From Candidatus Saccharimonadales bacterium (GTDB taxonomy: Bacteria > Patescibacteriota > Saccharimonadia > Saccharimonadales > DASZAF01), in assembly GCA_035945435.1 (NCBI GenBank), contig DASZAF010000024.1, forward strand, positions 3,578-67,577: a stretch of 64,000 bases of DNA, given 5' to 3'. Below are positions 38,027 through 47,656 of the stretch, in pieces (within the stretch, counting starts at the first letter, position 1; every line of letters begins with the position of its first letter). The position numbers were made by a program, and so were the translations under genes. The notes beneath the pieces are model-generated. The model was not told where the DNA came from, made no database searches, and saw nothing but the letters and a program-made list of their open reading frames with translations.

Positions 38027-38614
38027 TCAACTCTTGTTGGAGGTAGGTTTTTTGAGGTGCCGACCAGTATATATCGTGCCGACGATTATGAAATTAGACA
38101 CAAACAAAACAAATGGGTAGAGCATGAGCGTGTAGTCGAGTCTCCCGACCGAAATAACTGCGAGTATACTTGCTAGACCGTCAAGCACCCAGACTGTGTA
38201 CGTTTCAGTCCATGGATGGTCGTAAGTCTTTAGGATCGTCAGTATAGATCCTACCGTATCGACTGCGATCGTAACGATTAAGGCATAAAGCGCATTACCC
38301 GTAAGGTACCAGAGCGCCAACCCGATGGCTGCCGTCAAGAGCCCTATGATATCCCGCCGCGCCAACCCACCTATACCTCGCTTGATCGAAAGTGAGAAGA
38401 TCAGACCTGTGGTGAGAAAGTTAAAACCCGTAAACCAAAGTGACTGGGTCGCTCCTTTGTTAAGCTGAGCAAAGAACGCAATCAGCGACAAGACACTCCA
38501 AATAAGCCACGTAGCCCGTTCGGGGCGAGCTTTACTTCTCAGAATGTCACGAATATACGGAATGTAGCCGACACAGGATAGCACTCCGGAAGCTATGCCA
38601 ATCACTTCAAACAT
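38027..38614 (-). CDS. hypothetical polytopic membrane protein (possible PQ-loop-like)
   Basis: 195-aa ORF with ~6 TM helices. N-terminal GYIPYIRDILRSK loop is reminiscent of PQ-loop repeats. Confidence 0.4.
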   Translation of the reverse strand: MFEVIGIASGVLSCVGYIPYIRDILRSKARPERATWLIWSVLSLIAFFAQLNKGATQSLWFTGFNFLTTGLIFSLSIKRGIGGLARRDIIGLLTAAIGLALWYLTGNALYALIVTIAVDTVGSILTILKTYDHPWTETYTVWVLDGLASILAVISVGRLDYTLMLYPFVLFVSNFIIVGTIYTGRHLKKPTSNKS

Positions 38615-38679
38615 TAGCTAACTATATCAAATAAATAATAGTTGACATAACATACTACCTTGCATAACATAGTAGTCAT

Positions 38680-39057
38680 ATGAACGAATCTTTCTCCAGC
38701 GACTACGCCCGCCAGCTGATGACCCAGATGCGAAAGGGTATTCTCGTCTACTGCGTCCTTCTCATCTGCTCAAAAGGCGACGTCTACAGTACTGACATCA
38801 TCAAGCGGCTACGTGAGGCCAAACTGATCGTCGTTGAAGGAACCATCTATCCCCTCTTAAGCCGTCTGCAAAAGGATGGCGTCTTAGTGCATGTGTGGAA
38901 AGAGTCCGTGAAAGGACCTCCTCGCAAGTACTACCACCTAAGCGAGGACGGGAAGGCAATTTTAGAGGAATTAAAAGTGAGCAGCGGTCAAATGCAGTCG
39001 GCAATTGACGCAATCGAAAAGGAGCAGTCATGGACAAAATCGATAAAATCCATATAG
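38680..39057 (+). CDS. PadR-family transcriptional regulator
   Basis: 125-aa ORF with winged helix-turn-helix: VYSTDIIKRL...EGTIYPLLSRLQKDGVL...YYHLSEDGK. Confidence 0.85.
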   Translation: MNESFSSDYARQLMTQMRKGILVYCVLLICSKGDVYSTDIIKRLREAKLIVVEGTIYPLLSRLQKDGVLVHVWKESVKGPPRKYYHLSEDGKAILEELKVSSGQMQSAIDAIEKEQSWTKSIKSI

Positions 39058-40646
39058 GTAGAGTACCCTACAGCATCGAGGCCAAAGCGGAGGCTGAACT
39101 CAATAAATATCTTGCAGCCATTCGTAATCATCTTGACGAAGATATGGCCGACGAAGTAGTGCAGGACATCGAGTCCCGTATCCCGGAGCTTCTTGCTCAG
39201 CGACACATCAAGCAAGGTGATGTCGTTACCCACAAAGACATCCTGGCCCTGAAAGAGCAGCTCGGTGAACCTGAGCAGTTCTCAAGCGATGAACACTCCG
39301 GCGCTGAGGTCAACACCAAGAAGCTCTTTCGTGACCCAGATAACGCTATCTTATGTGGAGTCGCCAGCGGAATAGGACAATACTTCAACATCGATGCTAA
39401 CTTCATCCGTGCGGCTTTCTTTGTCGCTACCTTCCTTTACGGATTCGGCATTTTCCTCTACATCTTCCTGTGTGTACTACTTCCCGAAGCTAAGACGAAT
39501 GCAGATAAGCTGCAGATGTCAGGTAAGGCAGTAACTGTTGCTAACCTGCAACGCTATCGGGGATCAGCCCAAAAGTCCCTGGGCTACGGAACAAACATGA
39601 TCCGACGTATCCTCACTAAGATCTGCCGTTTCGTCTCCGTCATTGGTACGGCCATCGCCTCGCTTATTCTTCTCAGTGCTTTCGGTGCTTTCTCAGGCCT
39701 CTTTTATGTCGACCCGTTCAGCTCTATCGCCACAAGTTACTCACCCGACTATCTACTGCTTGGCCTGATGTGGCTTAGCTGCCTGTCGTTTATCGGTCTG
39801 CTGATCATCTGCACTATCCGCATCTGGGGGCACCGTTCAACCAGACTTAATATCTCGGCCATCGCCTTCTCTGTGCTCCTTATCCTATCTATCGCAGGTA
39901 CGGCTACCTCAGGCATGTTTGTCTACAACCACTTTAGCAATAAATACGGTGACAATAAGAGCATCCGGGAGCTGAGCCTGGTCAACAAGACGCCAAAGAT
40001 TACCCCAACCTCACTCACCGTCGGCTCTGACAGCAATCTTGATCTGACCTATGTCGTTACCAACCAATCGATTCACGCCACGTTCGAGGACTACCCGGGT
40101 CTCTACCACCCGAACATCCAGATCACGGATGATAACGGTATACTGCACGTTGACTCAACGAACCTAGCTGATGCAGCCCCAAGCTGTCTTGGTGGTCTCT
40201 GCAAGCATATCTATCTGCCCGTCCATGTCTTTCTCTACGGTCCAAGCCTCAAGACGTACAACAACACCGAAGGGGCTACTCTTAATATCAACAACGCCAG
40301 CCTTGGATCGTCGGTAGCCTTCACGGCTACTAACTGGTCGGTCACTAATATCAACAATAGCTACGCCACCAACATGTCTATCACCGTCTCGAATTACGCC
40401 AGCCTCATTGCCAACAATACGACTGCCGAAAACACGAATGTTAACATCGATCAGACTTCGAACGTCGCCATCCCGATCAGTACAAACCTGACCGCTAACG
40501 TCCCGCTCGGTTGCCTGGAGCCGGCTCCCCCACTCCCTCCAAACTCTATCGTTACCCTACCCGGCCTTCCCACGAGAGCCATCGTCAACGGCCACCGCAT
40601 GTCGGTCAACGAGATCGACAGCAACGTCTGCTTCAACCAAGACTGA
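39030..40646 (+). CDS. DUF1700-PspC domain membrane protein with large Asn/Thr-rich extracytoplasmic domain
   Basis: 538-aa ORF. PspC motif ILCGVASGIGQYFNIDANFIRAAFFV. Overlaps padR by 28 nt, the typical PadR-DUF1700/PspC arrangement. Confidence 0.8.
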   Translation: MDKIDKIHIGRVPYSIEAKAEAELNKYLAAIRNHLDEDMADEVVQDIESRIPELLAQRHIKQGDVVTHKDILALKEQLGEPEQFSSDEHSGAEVNTKKLFRDPDNAILCGVASGIGQYFNIDANFIRAAFFVATFLYGFGIFLYIFLCVLLPEAKTNADKLQMSGKAVTVANLQRYRGSAQKSLGYGTNMIRRILTKICRFVSVIGTAIASLILLSAFGAFSGLFYVDPFSSIATSYSPDYLLLGLMWLSCLSFIGLLIICTIRIWGHRSTRLNISAIAFSVLLILSIAGTATSGMFVYNHFSNKYGDNKSIRELSLVNKTPKITPTSLTVGSDSNLDLTYVVTNQSIHATFEDYPGLYHPNIQITDDNGILHVDSTNLADAAPSCLGGLCKHIYLPVHVFLYGPSLKTYNNTEGATLNINNASLGSSVAFTATNWSVTNINNSYATNMSITVSNYASLIANNTTAENTNVNIDQTSNVAIPISTNLTANVPLGCLEPAPPLPPNSIVTLPGLPTRAIVNGHRMSVNEIDSNVCFNQD

Positions 40647-40652
40647 AAAAAT

Positions 40653-41651
40653 TTGCCCCTGCTCGGCACGGCGTACTACAGTAGAGGTATGTGGAAACGA
40701 CTAACTATCTGTGTCGGTGCCCTCATCGCCCTTGTAATCCTAGTCATTCTTTTCATCGATAAAGAAGGGTACGACAAGCCCGTTTTGCTACCACGAGCCA
40801 GCTATCCTGCGGCCCCGCCGGGTCAATCACGTGACACCCTAAAGCAACCGGTGTCGACAGGTCTAGCGCACATCTTCATCGTTCTTGAGGAGAACGAGTC
40901 TGCCAGTAGCATCATAAACAACTCTCAGGCTCCGTATATCAATAAGTTGGCCGAGGAGTACTCATACGCCGCCAACTACTCCGCCGTCTCACACCCCAGC
41001 TTGCCAAATTACCTGGCCCTGACAAGCGGGTCAACTGATGGCGTCACTTCCGACTGCAACCCTCCCGCAGCCGGATGTGAACTTAGCGTTAATAACCTGG
41101 CGGACGAGATCGAAAAGTCGGGACGGACCTGGAAAGAATATGCTGAGGGGATGCCCTCAAGCTGCTACGCCGCTAACTCAGGTGAGTACGCCACCAAGCA
41201 CAACCCGTTTGTTTATTACTCGGATATTATCAATAACTCCTCACGCTGCAACAGTCATGTTGTACCGTTCGCACAGCTAACAAACGACCTCCAATCACTA
41301 GCGACCACGCCAGATTTCGCTTTTATAACACCGAATCTCTGCGACGACATGCATGACTGCTCAATCGCTACGGGCGACAGCTGGCTATCGACGAACGCCC
41401 AGATCATTCTTCAATCCAAGGCCTTCACCACCCAGAACTCTCTATTGGTGGTCGTCTGGGATGAAGGCAGCTCGACAGATAACAACGTCGCGGCCATCTT
41501 GGCTGGGTCGGCTGTCAAGGACGGCTACCAGTCTCAGGCGACCTACAGTCACTACTCACTGCTTCACACTATCGAATCGAAGTGGAGCCTTCCGACCATG
41601 ACAAGCAATGATGTTCGAGCTCCAATCATGAACGAGTTCTTCAAAAACTAG
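40653..41651 (+). CDS. secreted phosphoesterase-family protein (PLC/AcpA acid phosphatase family)
   Basis: 332-aa ORF with N-terminal TM/signal. HIFIVLEENESASSI..., SLPNYLALTSGST. Confidence 0.75.
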   Translation: MPLLGTAYYSRGMWKRLTICVGALIALVILVILFIDKEGYDKPVLLPRASYPAAPPGQSRDTLKQPVSTGLAHIFIVLEENESASSIINNSQAPYINKLAEEYSYAANYSAVSHPSLPNYLALTSGSTDGVTSDCNPPAAGCELSVNNLADEIEKSGRTWKEYAEGMPSSCYAANSGEYATKHNPFVYYSDIINNSSRCNSHVVPFAQLTNDLQSLATTPDFAFITPNLCDDMHDCSIATGDSWLSTNAQIILQSKAFTTQNSLLVVVWDEGSSTDNNVAAILAGSAVKDGYQSQATYSHYSLLHTIESKWSLPTMTSNDVRAPIMNEFFKN

Positions 41652-42181
41652 GAAGTACTGACACAGCGTATCGGCTGATGAAGCTGCATACGATCGACTT
41701 GATACGTTTTACTATCGTCATGATAGATGTACTGCACAAGATGCATCGCCTCGAAGTAGCCGCCAGGAGTAACTGTCTCATAGTCCAAGAAAGCCTGCTC
41801 GAACTTCTGCTGGGGAGCCGGTCCTTGGTAGACCAGCACTTCGCGCTCTTGGCCAGGACTTAGCTCATAATCAACTTCGGTCTCCCGATCAAAGATGCGA
41901 ATCTTCTTAACTCTGATCGCGTCATGCCAGTTGTTGTGGATGAAGCAGTAGACTTGAACATCGTTACCATTTGGCCGAGTAAGCGTGTTTCGGATAAAGA
42001 CGACTGGGAAGGTTGCTGGATTGTCCCTTTGGATGACCGGTGGCAGTGCGCCTGGCACCGGCGCGGGCGCACCCGGTTGAGGCTGATTTGTTGGGCCGTC
42101 AGTCGGATTTTGCTGCGGCGGGTTGGTATCATAAACTGGCTTACCTTGAACTATCTTGCCGAGTGAACCTAAGAATGACAT
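41648..42181 (-). CDS. hypothetical protein with Pro/Gln-rich N-terminus
   Basis: 177-aa ORF. No family recognised. Confidence 0.4.
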   Translation of the reverse strand: MSFLGSLGKIVQGKPVYDTNPPQQNPTDGPTNQPQPGAPAPVPGALPPVIQRDNPATFPVVFIRNTLTRPNGNDVQVYCFIHNNWHDAIRVKKIRIFDRETEVDYELSPGQEREVLVYQGPAPQQKFEQAFLDYETVTPGGYFEAMHLVQYIYHDDSKTYQVDRMQLHQPIRCVSTS

Positions 42182-42212
42182 ATCCCCTCCTCTTATCTAT
42201 CTTCATTATACC

Positions 42213-42578
42213 CTAGCAGGTCAGCGGGTCCGAAGCACAGGTCTTCTCGGCATTAGTAGTGTTTTTGTCAGTGTTGAGATAGTACGGGTTCGAGCCACCG
42301 CTCTTCGAGGAGTTCGAACCACTCGTGCTTGTATTGGTAGATGTATTCTTGCTTGGCGAGGTACTATTCGAGCTCATAACTAAGTAGTAACTGCCAGCAG
42401 CCAGTATGATCAGGCCAACGATTGCCATGACGGCAACGATCCTCGGGGATAAGGTCTTGTTGGTCTCATGCCTGGCTAGCTTTGGATCCTCCTTCAACTG
42501 GCTCTGGGCCAGCATGATATACGGATCCTCAATCTTTGGCGGCGACTTGCCAGGTTTGTTCTGAGAACCCGTAGACAT
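42213..42578 (-). CDS. hypothetical Ser/Thr/Asn-rich membrane protein
   Basis: 121-aa ORF with a single TM. Confidence 0.35.
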   Translation of the reverse strand: MSTGSQNKPGKSPPKIEDPYIMLAQSQLKEDPKLARHETNKTLSPRIVAVMAIVGLIILAAGSYYLVMSSNSTSPSKNTSTNTSTSGSNSSKSGGSNPYYLNTDKNTTNAEKTCASDPLTC

Positions 42579-42983
42579 CTATGCCTTGTAGCTCTCAGGC
42601 CACTCCTGAAGAAGCCAGAGGTTGCCGTCAGGGTCTTCGAACGAGGCGTATAGCACTCCGCCAAGATCCTGAATCTCACCCATGTCTATACCTCGATCCA
42701 GAAGAGCATTACGGGACTTTTTGATGTCTTTGACGACCAAGTGCAATCCTTTAACTGAGCCCGGTTTCATATCCGTGATCGGTCCCATGCCGGTCCCGAA
42801 GACGATTGCACACCCTGAACCTGGAGGCGTGAACTGGACCACACGCATCTCATCGTTCATCTTCGTGTCATGAAGATTACCGAAGCCTGCTTTTAGATAG
42901 AACTTTATAGCCCGATCAATATCTGAGACTGGCACAGGGACTAGTTCGAGCTTCATATCAGGTACTTTTGTTTTGTCTGCCAT
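42579..42983 (-). CDS. VOC/glyoxalase-bleomycin-resistance family protein
   Basis: 134-aa ORF. LELVPVPVSDIDRAIKFYLKAGF matches the typical VOC N-terminal strand-helix-strand. Confidence 0.8.
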   Translation of the reverse strand: MADKTKVPDMKLELVPVPVSDIDRAIKFYLKAGFGNLHDTKMNDEMRVVQFTPPGSGCAIVFGTGMGPITDMKPGSVKGLHLVVKDIKKSRNALLDRGIDMGEIQDLGGVLYASFEDPDGNLWLLQEWPESYKA

Positions 42984-43277
42984 ACGATTTACTCCTCCTG
43001 TTCTTCGGCTTGATCACGTCTTCTTTCATCTGAGTCACCACCTCGGAGAATCAATGGGCGACCAGCTTGCGAGGCTCTATCAAGGGCTGCCATGAGGATC
43101 CTTGCCCGTCTGAGAACGAGAGCGGGGTCCAACCCGCGAGCTTCAGCTAGGTCAGTCAATACCTCCGACATCCCGTCGCTAAACCGTTCACCACCAGGTT
43201 GATCTCCGACACCCCCCATACATCTTCTCCGCACTCGGTTATATAGACTATAATAACAGCATAGAGGAGATTGCTTC

Positions 43278-43640
43278 ATGGAACATGATGGAATAATAGT
43301 TGTCACAACCAATGATGTGCCCGGATATAAAGTCACCAAAGTCTACGGCGAGGTATTCGGCCTCATCGTTCGTAGTCGCAACCTGTTTAGTAATTTTGGA
43401 GCTGGCCTTAGAACCATTTTTGGCGGCGAGGTCCGAGGGTATACCAAACTTCTGGCCGATACCCGGGAACAGGCCATGCAACGGCTGGTTGCTGAAGCAA
43501 AGGCCCGTGGAGCAAACGCCGTTTTAATGATGCGCTTTGACTCAGGCGATATTGGCCAACAGATGAACGAAGTGGTCGCCTACGGCACAGCCGTCAATGT
43601 CGAGCCCGACGACAGCAGCCAACGATCAGCGGGAATGTAA
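43278..43640 (+). CDS. YbjQ/UPF0145 (DUF74) family protein
   Basis: 120-aa ORF with family hallmarks: IIVVTTNDVPGYKVTKVYGEV...GGEVRGYTKLL...ANAVL. Confidence 0.85.
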   Translation: MEHDGIIVVTTNDVPGYKVTKVYGEVFGLIVRSRNLFSNFGAGLRTIFGGEVRGYTKLLADTREQAMQRLVAEAKARGANAVLMMRFDSGDIGQQMNEVVAYGTAVNVEPDDSSQRSAGM

Positions 43641-43651
43641 TTTCAAAGACT

Positions 43652-43891
43652 ATGTCCTACCGCAAAGAAGCACAGATACGAGTAACTTATCTGGCCGGCG
43701 CAACGGTCGCATCGCTCATCGTCGCCGTCATAGTCGGTGCTATCATAGCGAGGATCTTCTCACATACCAACCAGCAGTGGCACGATAGGATCTTCTTCTA
43801 TTCAGCGACCGCAGTATTTGCTCTTGTCTGCAGTCCACTCGTTTATAAGATAGACCAGAAGCTCAACAAGCGATTTAGCGGCAATCCTTAG
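43652..43891 (+). CDS. small hypothetical membrane protein
   Basis: 79-aa ORF with two TMs, 12 nt downstream of ybjQ-like gene. Confidence 0.35.
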   Translation: MSYRKEAQIRVTYLAGATVASLIVAVIVGAIIARIFSHTNQQWHDRIFFYSATAVFALVCSPLVYKIDQKLNKRFSGNP

Positions 43892-43894
43892 ATC

Positions 43895-44161
43895 ATGCCG
43901 AACATCAAACCTGCCATCAGCAAGACAAAGAGAAGAAGATTGCCAATCGGCTGGTTGGCGGCAGCGGTTGCGGCCATGATGATACTAGTGATTGTGGCTG
44001 GCTGGCTCTACTACCGTCATAGCCCGGTTAAACCTGTTATACATGTCGGTCAAACGAGCCACTGCCCGGCAGGTTATGTCAACTACGGCATGCCGCTCGG
44101 CTGTATCACACAACAGAAGTACAACCAATGCATGTCACAGCCAGGTAAATGCCCGCTGTAA
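43895..44161 (+). CDS. small hypothetical membrane/secreted Cys-containing protein
   Basis: 88-aa ORF with N-terminal TM and 4 Cys. Confidence 0.35.
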   Translation: MPNIKPAISKTKRRRLPIGWLAAAVAAMMILVIVAGWLYYRHSPVKPVIHVGQTSHCPAGYVNYGMPLGCITQQKYNQCMSQPGKCPL

Positions 44162-44174
44162 TTAACACTGACAG

Positions 44175-45986
44175 CTAGTAGATTACGCCACCCTTTAGGA
44201 CAACTGGCTGCCTAGGAGTCTGATTAAAGTTAAAGTCGTTTACTAGGTTGCCAACTTGTGGCTGGTTTTCCCTTACATCCGGTCGCGGATCCGGCCGCCC
44301 GTCTGTCTTCGGGTCGATCCGTTGGCTGTTTAAGAAGTCATCTTCGATAAATTTAACGTAGGCGTCTTGGCTCATCGTTTGATGGTCGATGTAGCCCTGC
44401 TTGGCGTACGGACTGATGATAATACTCGGGACACGAAGGCCGAATCCGTTTGCATCTACCTTTGGCGGCGCAACGTGGTCATAGAAACCGCCCCAATCGT
44501 CCCAGCTGAGAATGATGGCCGTCGATTTCCAATCCGGGCTCTTCATGATGGTGTCGATCAGACCAGTAACGTAGCCCTGCCCCGTACTGACGAGTGCCGG
44601 CGGATGCTCACTAACATTTCCTGACGGGGTAATCCACGAGACGGCAGGCAAGGTTCCTTTCCGGGCTGCATCATAGAAGTTATTGAGCGACTGAATATTG
44701 CCGAGCTGGCCGTCCTGCCTAACTGTATCAAAGTACGGAAGGGGGTTCCATATGCCAGGGGTATGTGAGTTCTGGGTGACAGACGCACAGGTGACATCCG
44801 AATCATCCTGACAGTCAGGCTGCGTCCCATTCATGACATAGAAGCCCCACGTGACGTTCTGCTTATGAAGTAGGTAGGTTAGGTCGGTCCAGGCGTAATC
44901 CGGCGGCATTAAACCGTTAGCGGCAGTGATCAGTTTCTGCTTCATCTTAGGCGGAATGTTGACGGTAGCGTTGTTAATGGCGTTTTCGCAGCTGGTAAAC
45001 GCCTGCGAGCCATAGCTGTCTGTCGCGGAGTTGTAGCTTGACTGCAGGTTGCAGTTCTGGGCAATCAGGGTGTGCAGCTGCTGCTCAATGTCCGGCGTAA
45101 TGCCGTCGGCTTCAAGCGCTTTTTGACAGGCCGGAGTGTTATTGCCTGCCTTACACTTACTTATCAGGTTGTTCGCAGCCTGTTTTTGGTCAGGAGGGTT
45201 GCCTGGGTTTTGCAGTTCGTTAACGCACGACTGAGGATCGCCAGCCTTTGTACATTTGGCTGACCACTCCGAAACTAAGTAGAGATGCTCCGGCAGGCTC
45301 CACGAGGCGTTCGACTGGAAGAGATGGTCATCAAGTGTAAAGTCTTTCGCATAGGTCCAATAGTTCGGTATCTCCTGGGCGGTGTGGTACCCCATGACGT
45401 CGCTCTGTGAAGATGAGGCGCATTCTGGGGCTGTACCGCAGCCCTTATTGCTGCCTTCCGACTGCGCTATAAAGCCATCCATCTTGCCGCCATCGATGTC
45501 GGCAGTGGCGTTGGTCTGGCCGTGCGGGCCACCGGTGTTCTTATCGCTGGTATCGTGATACGGCTTCTGGCATGTGTTCGTCCTTGGGTCGGGCACGCAG
45601 ACCGTCGGTACTCCGTTCTTCATTGGGATGCCGTCAGCTCCGGGGAAAGTCCCGAAGTAGCTATCGAAAGAGCGGTTCTCTTGCATGATGATGATAATGT
45701 GCTTAATCTTATGAATCCCGCTGTTATCAGCGACCTGCTGCTTGTTGTGTGAAACAAGAGCAAAGACGCCCGCCCCTATGATCAACAGCACAACCGCAAC
45801 GGATATGATAATCCCCTTCTCTGATCTGAAGAATCCGAACCTTCTCTTTGGGGCTGGCTCTACGACTTCTCTATCTCCACCTATATTCGGTAGATCGAGG
45901 TGGTGGCTCAGATCAGTTGCCATCGCATCCTGAGAAGAACTCGGGACCTGCGAAGATCGTGATCGTCGTTTTCGTAACACACCCAT
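44175..45986 (-). CDS. phosphoesterase-family protein (phospholipase C/acid phosphatase family), membrane anchored
   Basis: 603-aa ORF with [24 protein letters not shown] matches the PF04185-type motif. Confidence 0.8.
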   Translation of the reverse strand: MGVLRKRRSRSSQVPSSSQDAMATDLSHHLDLPNIGGDREVVEPAPKRRFGFFRSEKGIIISVAVVLLIIGAGVFALVSHNKQQVADNSGIHKIKHIIIIMQENRSFDSYFGTFPGADGIPMKNGVPTVCVPDPRTNTCQKPYHDTSDKNTGGPHGQTNATADIDGGKMDGFIAQSEGSNKGCGTAPECASSSQSDVMGYHTAQEIPNYWTYAKDFTLDDHLFQSNASWSLPEHLYLVSEWSAKCTKAGDPQSCVNELQNPGNPPDQKQAANNLISKCKAGNNTPACQKALEADGITPDIEQQLHTLIAQNCNLQSSYNSATDSYGSQAFTSCENAINNATVNIPPKMKQKLITAANGLMPPDYAWTDLTYLLHKQNVTWGFYVMNGTQPDCQDDSDVTCASVTQNSHTPGIWNPLPYFDTVRQDGQLGNIQSLNNFYDAARKGTLPAVSWITPSGNVSEHPPALVSTGQGYVTGLIDTIMKSPDWKSTAIILSWDDWGGFYDHVAPPKVDANGFGLRVPSIIISPYAKQGYIDHQTMSQDAYVKFIEDDFLNSQRIDPKTDGRPDPRPDVRENQPQVGNLVNDFNFNQTPRQPVVLKGGVIY

Positions 45987-46019
45987 ATGATACCAAATAA
46001 TTAAAGCTTTAGCGCTCTG

Positions 46020-46499
46020 CTAATTGGCAGCTTTAAAGTAGTAGTTGGTTGATCCTTCCAGCGTGAAGCTGTTTACGTCGAGTTGGTGAGCATAGACTAA
46101 CACCCTGGCACCAACGTGCGTATTGGTGAGATTCAGGGTGCCCCAAGGTTTGGTCACATAGATGTTGCCATGTACGACATCAACCGTAGCGTTACCAACT
46201 TTAATACTGCACCCAACATCGCCGATAGGCAGACCCGGGCTCGTGCATCCGTTTGCTGTTACGAGGCCGCTGAAGTGACAGCCCTGAGCATAGTTATTCT
46301 GTTGCCGTTTAATCGTCTGAGCATCTGTGCCACAGATCGCGCTTGTCTGCTTAGTTGTAACGGGCTTGGGCGTGGTAACAGGCGTCTTATGATGATGCTT
46401 GTAAAAGAGATAGCCAGCGACGCCTAACACGACCACTATGGCTACTACCAAGATCACTTCAATAACCGAAAAACCTCGGGCCGACGATCTCCTACCCAT
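46020..46499 (-). CDS. type IV pilin-like protein (class III/prepilin signal)
   Basis: Start chosen at MGRRSSARG|FSVIEVILVVAIVVVLGVAGY, giving Gly-1, Phe+1, Glu+5 and a ~20-aa hydrophobic stretch. Start abuts or overlaps the stop of the upstream giant gene. Confidence 0.6.
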   Translation of the reverse strand: MGRRSSARGFSVIEVILVVAIVVVLGVAGYLFYKHHHKTPVTTPKPVTTKQTSAICGTDAQTIKRQQNNYAQGCHFSGLVTANGCTSPGLPIGDVGCSIKVGNATVDVVHGNIYVTKPWGTLNLTNTHVGARVLVYAHQLDVNSFTLEGSTNYYFKAAN

Positions 46500-47656
46500 C
46501 AGTATATCTGCCCACTTCCTGCCCAACTCGGGGAGCCTATGCCTGGACCTCTCAAACTCGAGGCACCGTAGAACGAGCTGCCATTACTGCTCAGACCGTA
46601 GATTGTCCCGTTCGGTAAGTACCAGTAAAGCCCATCCTTAGAGGTGCCACTACCCCACTGCCCTACCCCCATCCACGATGGTGAGCTATAGCCGCTGACA
46701 CTGCCCGTGGTAACCAGACCTGGCCCTTCGAAGGTATAGAGCGTCCCGCTATTGTACCAAGCCAGAGCGTCTCTGAACCCACTGCCGCTGAAGTTGCCGA
46801 CACCGGCCCAGACGGGAGCTCCGATGCCAGGTCCGCGGACAGCGACGGCGCCGGTAAACGTTGAACCGTTCGATGGTAAGGCGTAAATAGTGCTGGTTGT
46901 GCCGAGATACCAATAAAGATCGTCCTTGCCGTCGTGATTGTAGTCACCAACGCCCGCCCATGTGGGCTGGCTGTATCCGCTTATCGCTGCCTTGGTGCCT
47001 AGCCCGGGACCAGCAAAAAGATAGAGTGTGCTGCCACTGTACCAAGCGATACTATCGTCCTGGCCATCACCCGTGAAGTTCCCGACACAGGCCCACGTTG
47101 GGGCACCAATACCCGGGCCACGAACCCGTATTGCATTTGCAAGGTTGCCACCGGTGATGTAATAGATCGAAGTCGTGTTGGCGTCGTACCAGAAGATACC
47201 GTCTTTGCTTGCACCACCGTACTGTCCGACACCGGCCCAACCCGGCAGGCTGTAACCAGAAGCAACCGTGGCAGCCGTTCCAAAACCGGGCGTTGAAAAA
47301 CCATAGAGAGACTGGCCGCTATACCAAACCAGACTGTTTCCTGCCCCTGCGGGAGTGGTGCATGAGAGAGAGGATGCGCCCCCAGTTGTACTCGGATTGA
47401 TACTGGCACTCTGGCCGCCCTCGAGATTGTTGGTATCATAGGCACTAACCGTATAGGTGTAGGCCGTACCGGATGTTAAGCCGTTGTCCGTATAGGTCAG
47501 GTTCGTTGCCCCCGAGACAGACCCAACTTGACTGCCATTTCGATAGATCTTGTAGCCCCCGACACCCGGGCCATTTGCGTCCGTCGCTTGGTTCCATGAT
47601 AGGCTGATCGAATTATTAGTCTCACTTGTGGCCTGCAGACCAGACGGATCGGTCGG
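46499..47656 (-). repeat. ~1.1-kb direct repeat copy 1 (FN3 + FG-GAP module, 3' end of 905-aa gene)
   Basis: Encoded ~385 aa align nearly end to end with the C-terminus of the 1369-aa protein. First ~35 nt from the stop are ~85% identical to the copy at 50398. Shadow ORFs 46663..46950 and 50775..51128 also share sequence, confirming similarity at the DNA level. Confidence 0.7.

Noticed and set aside
42281-42320. tRNA-like T-arm-looking string gggttcgagccaccgc
   Set aside because: It lies inside a coding ORF (Ser/Thr-rich protein). No acceptor stem or anticodon-arm complementarity, and no CCA context.
42989-43339. 116-aa ORF between the ybjQ promoter region and the VOC gene
   Set aside because: It overlaps the divergent ybjQ start region, and the first half has odd composition. 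A shorter real ORF (MSEVLTDLAEARGLDP..., ~60 aa) is possible but unsupported, so it is not called.
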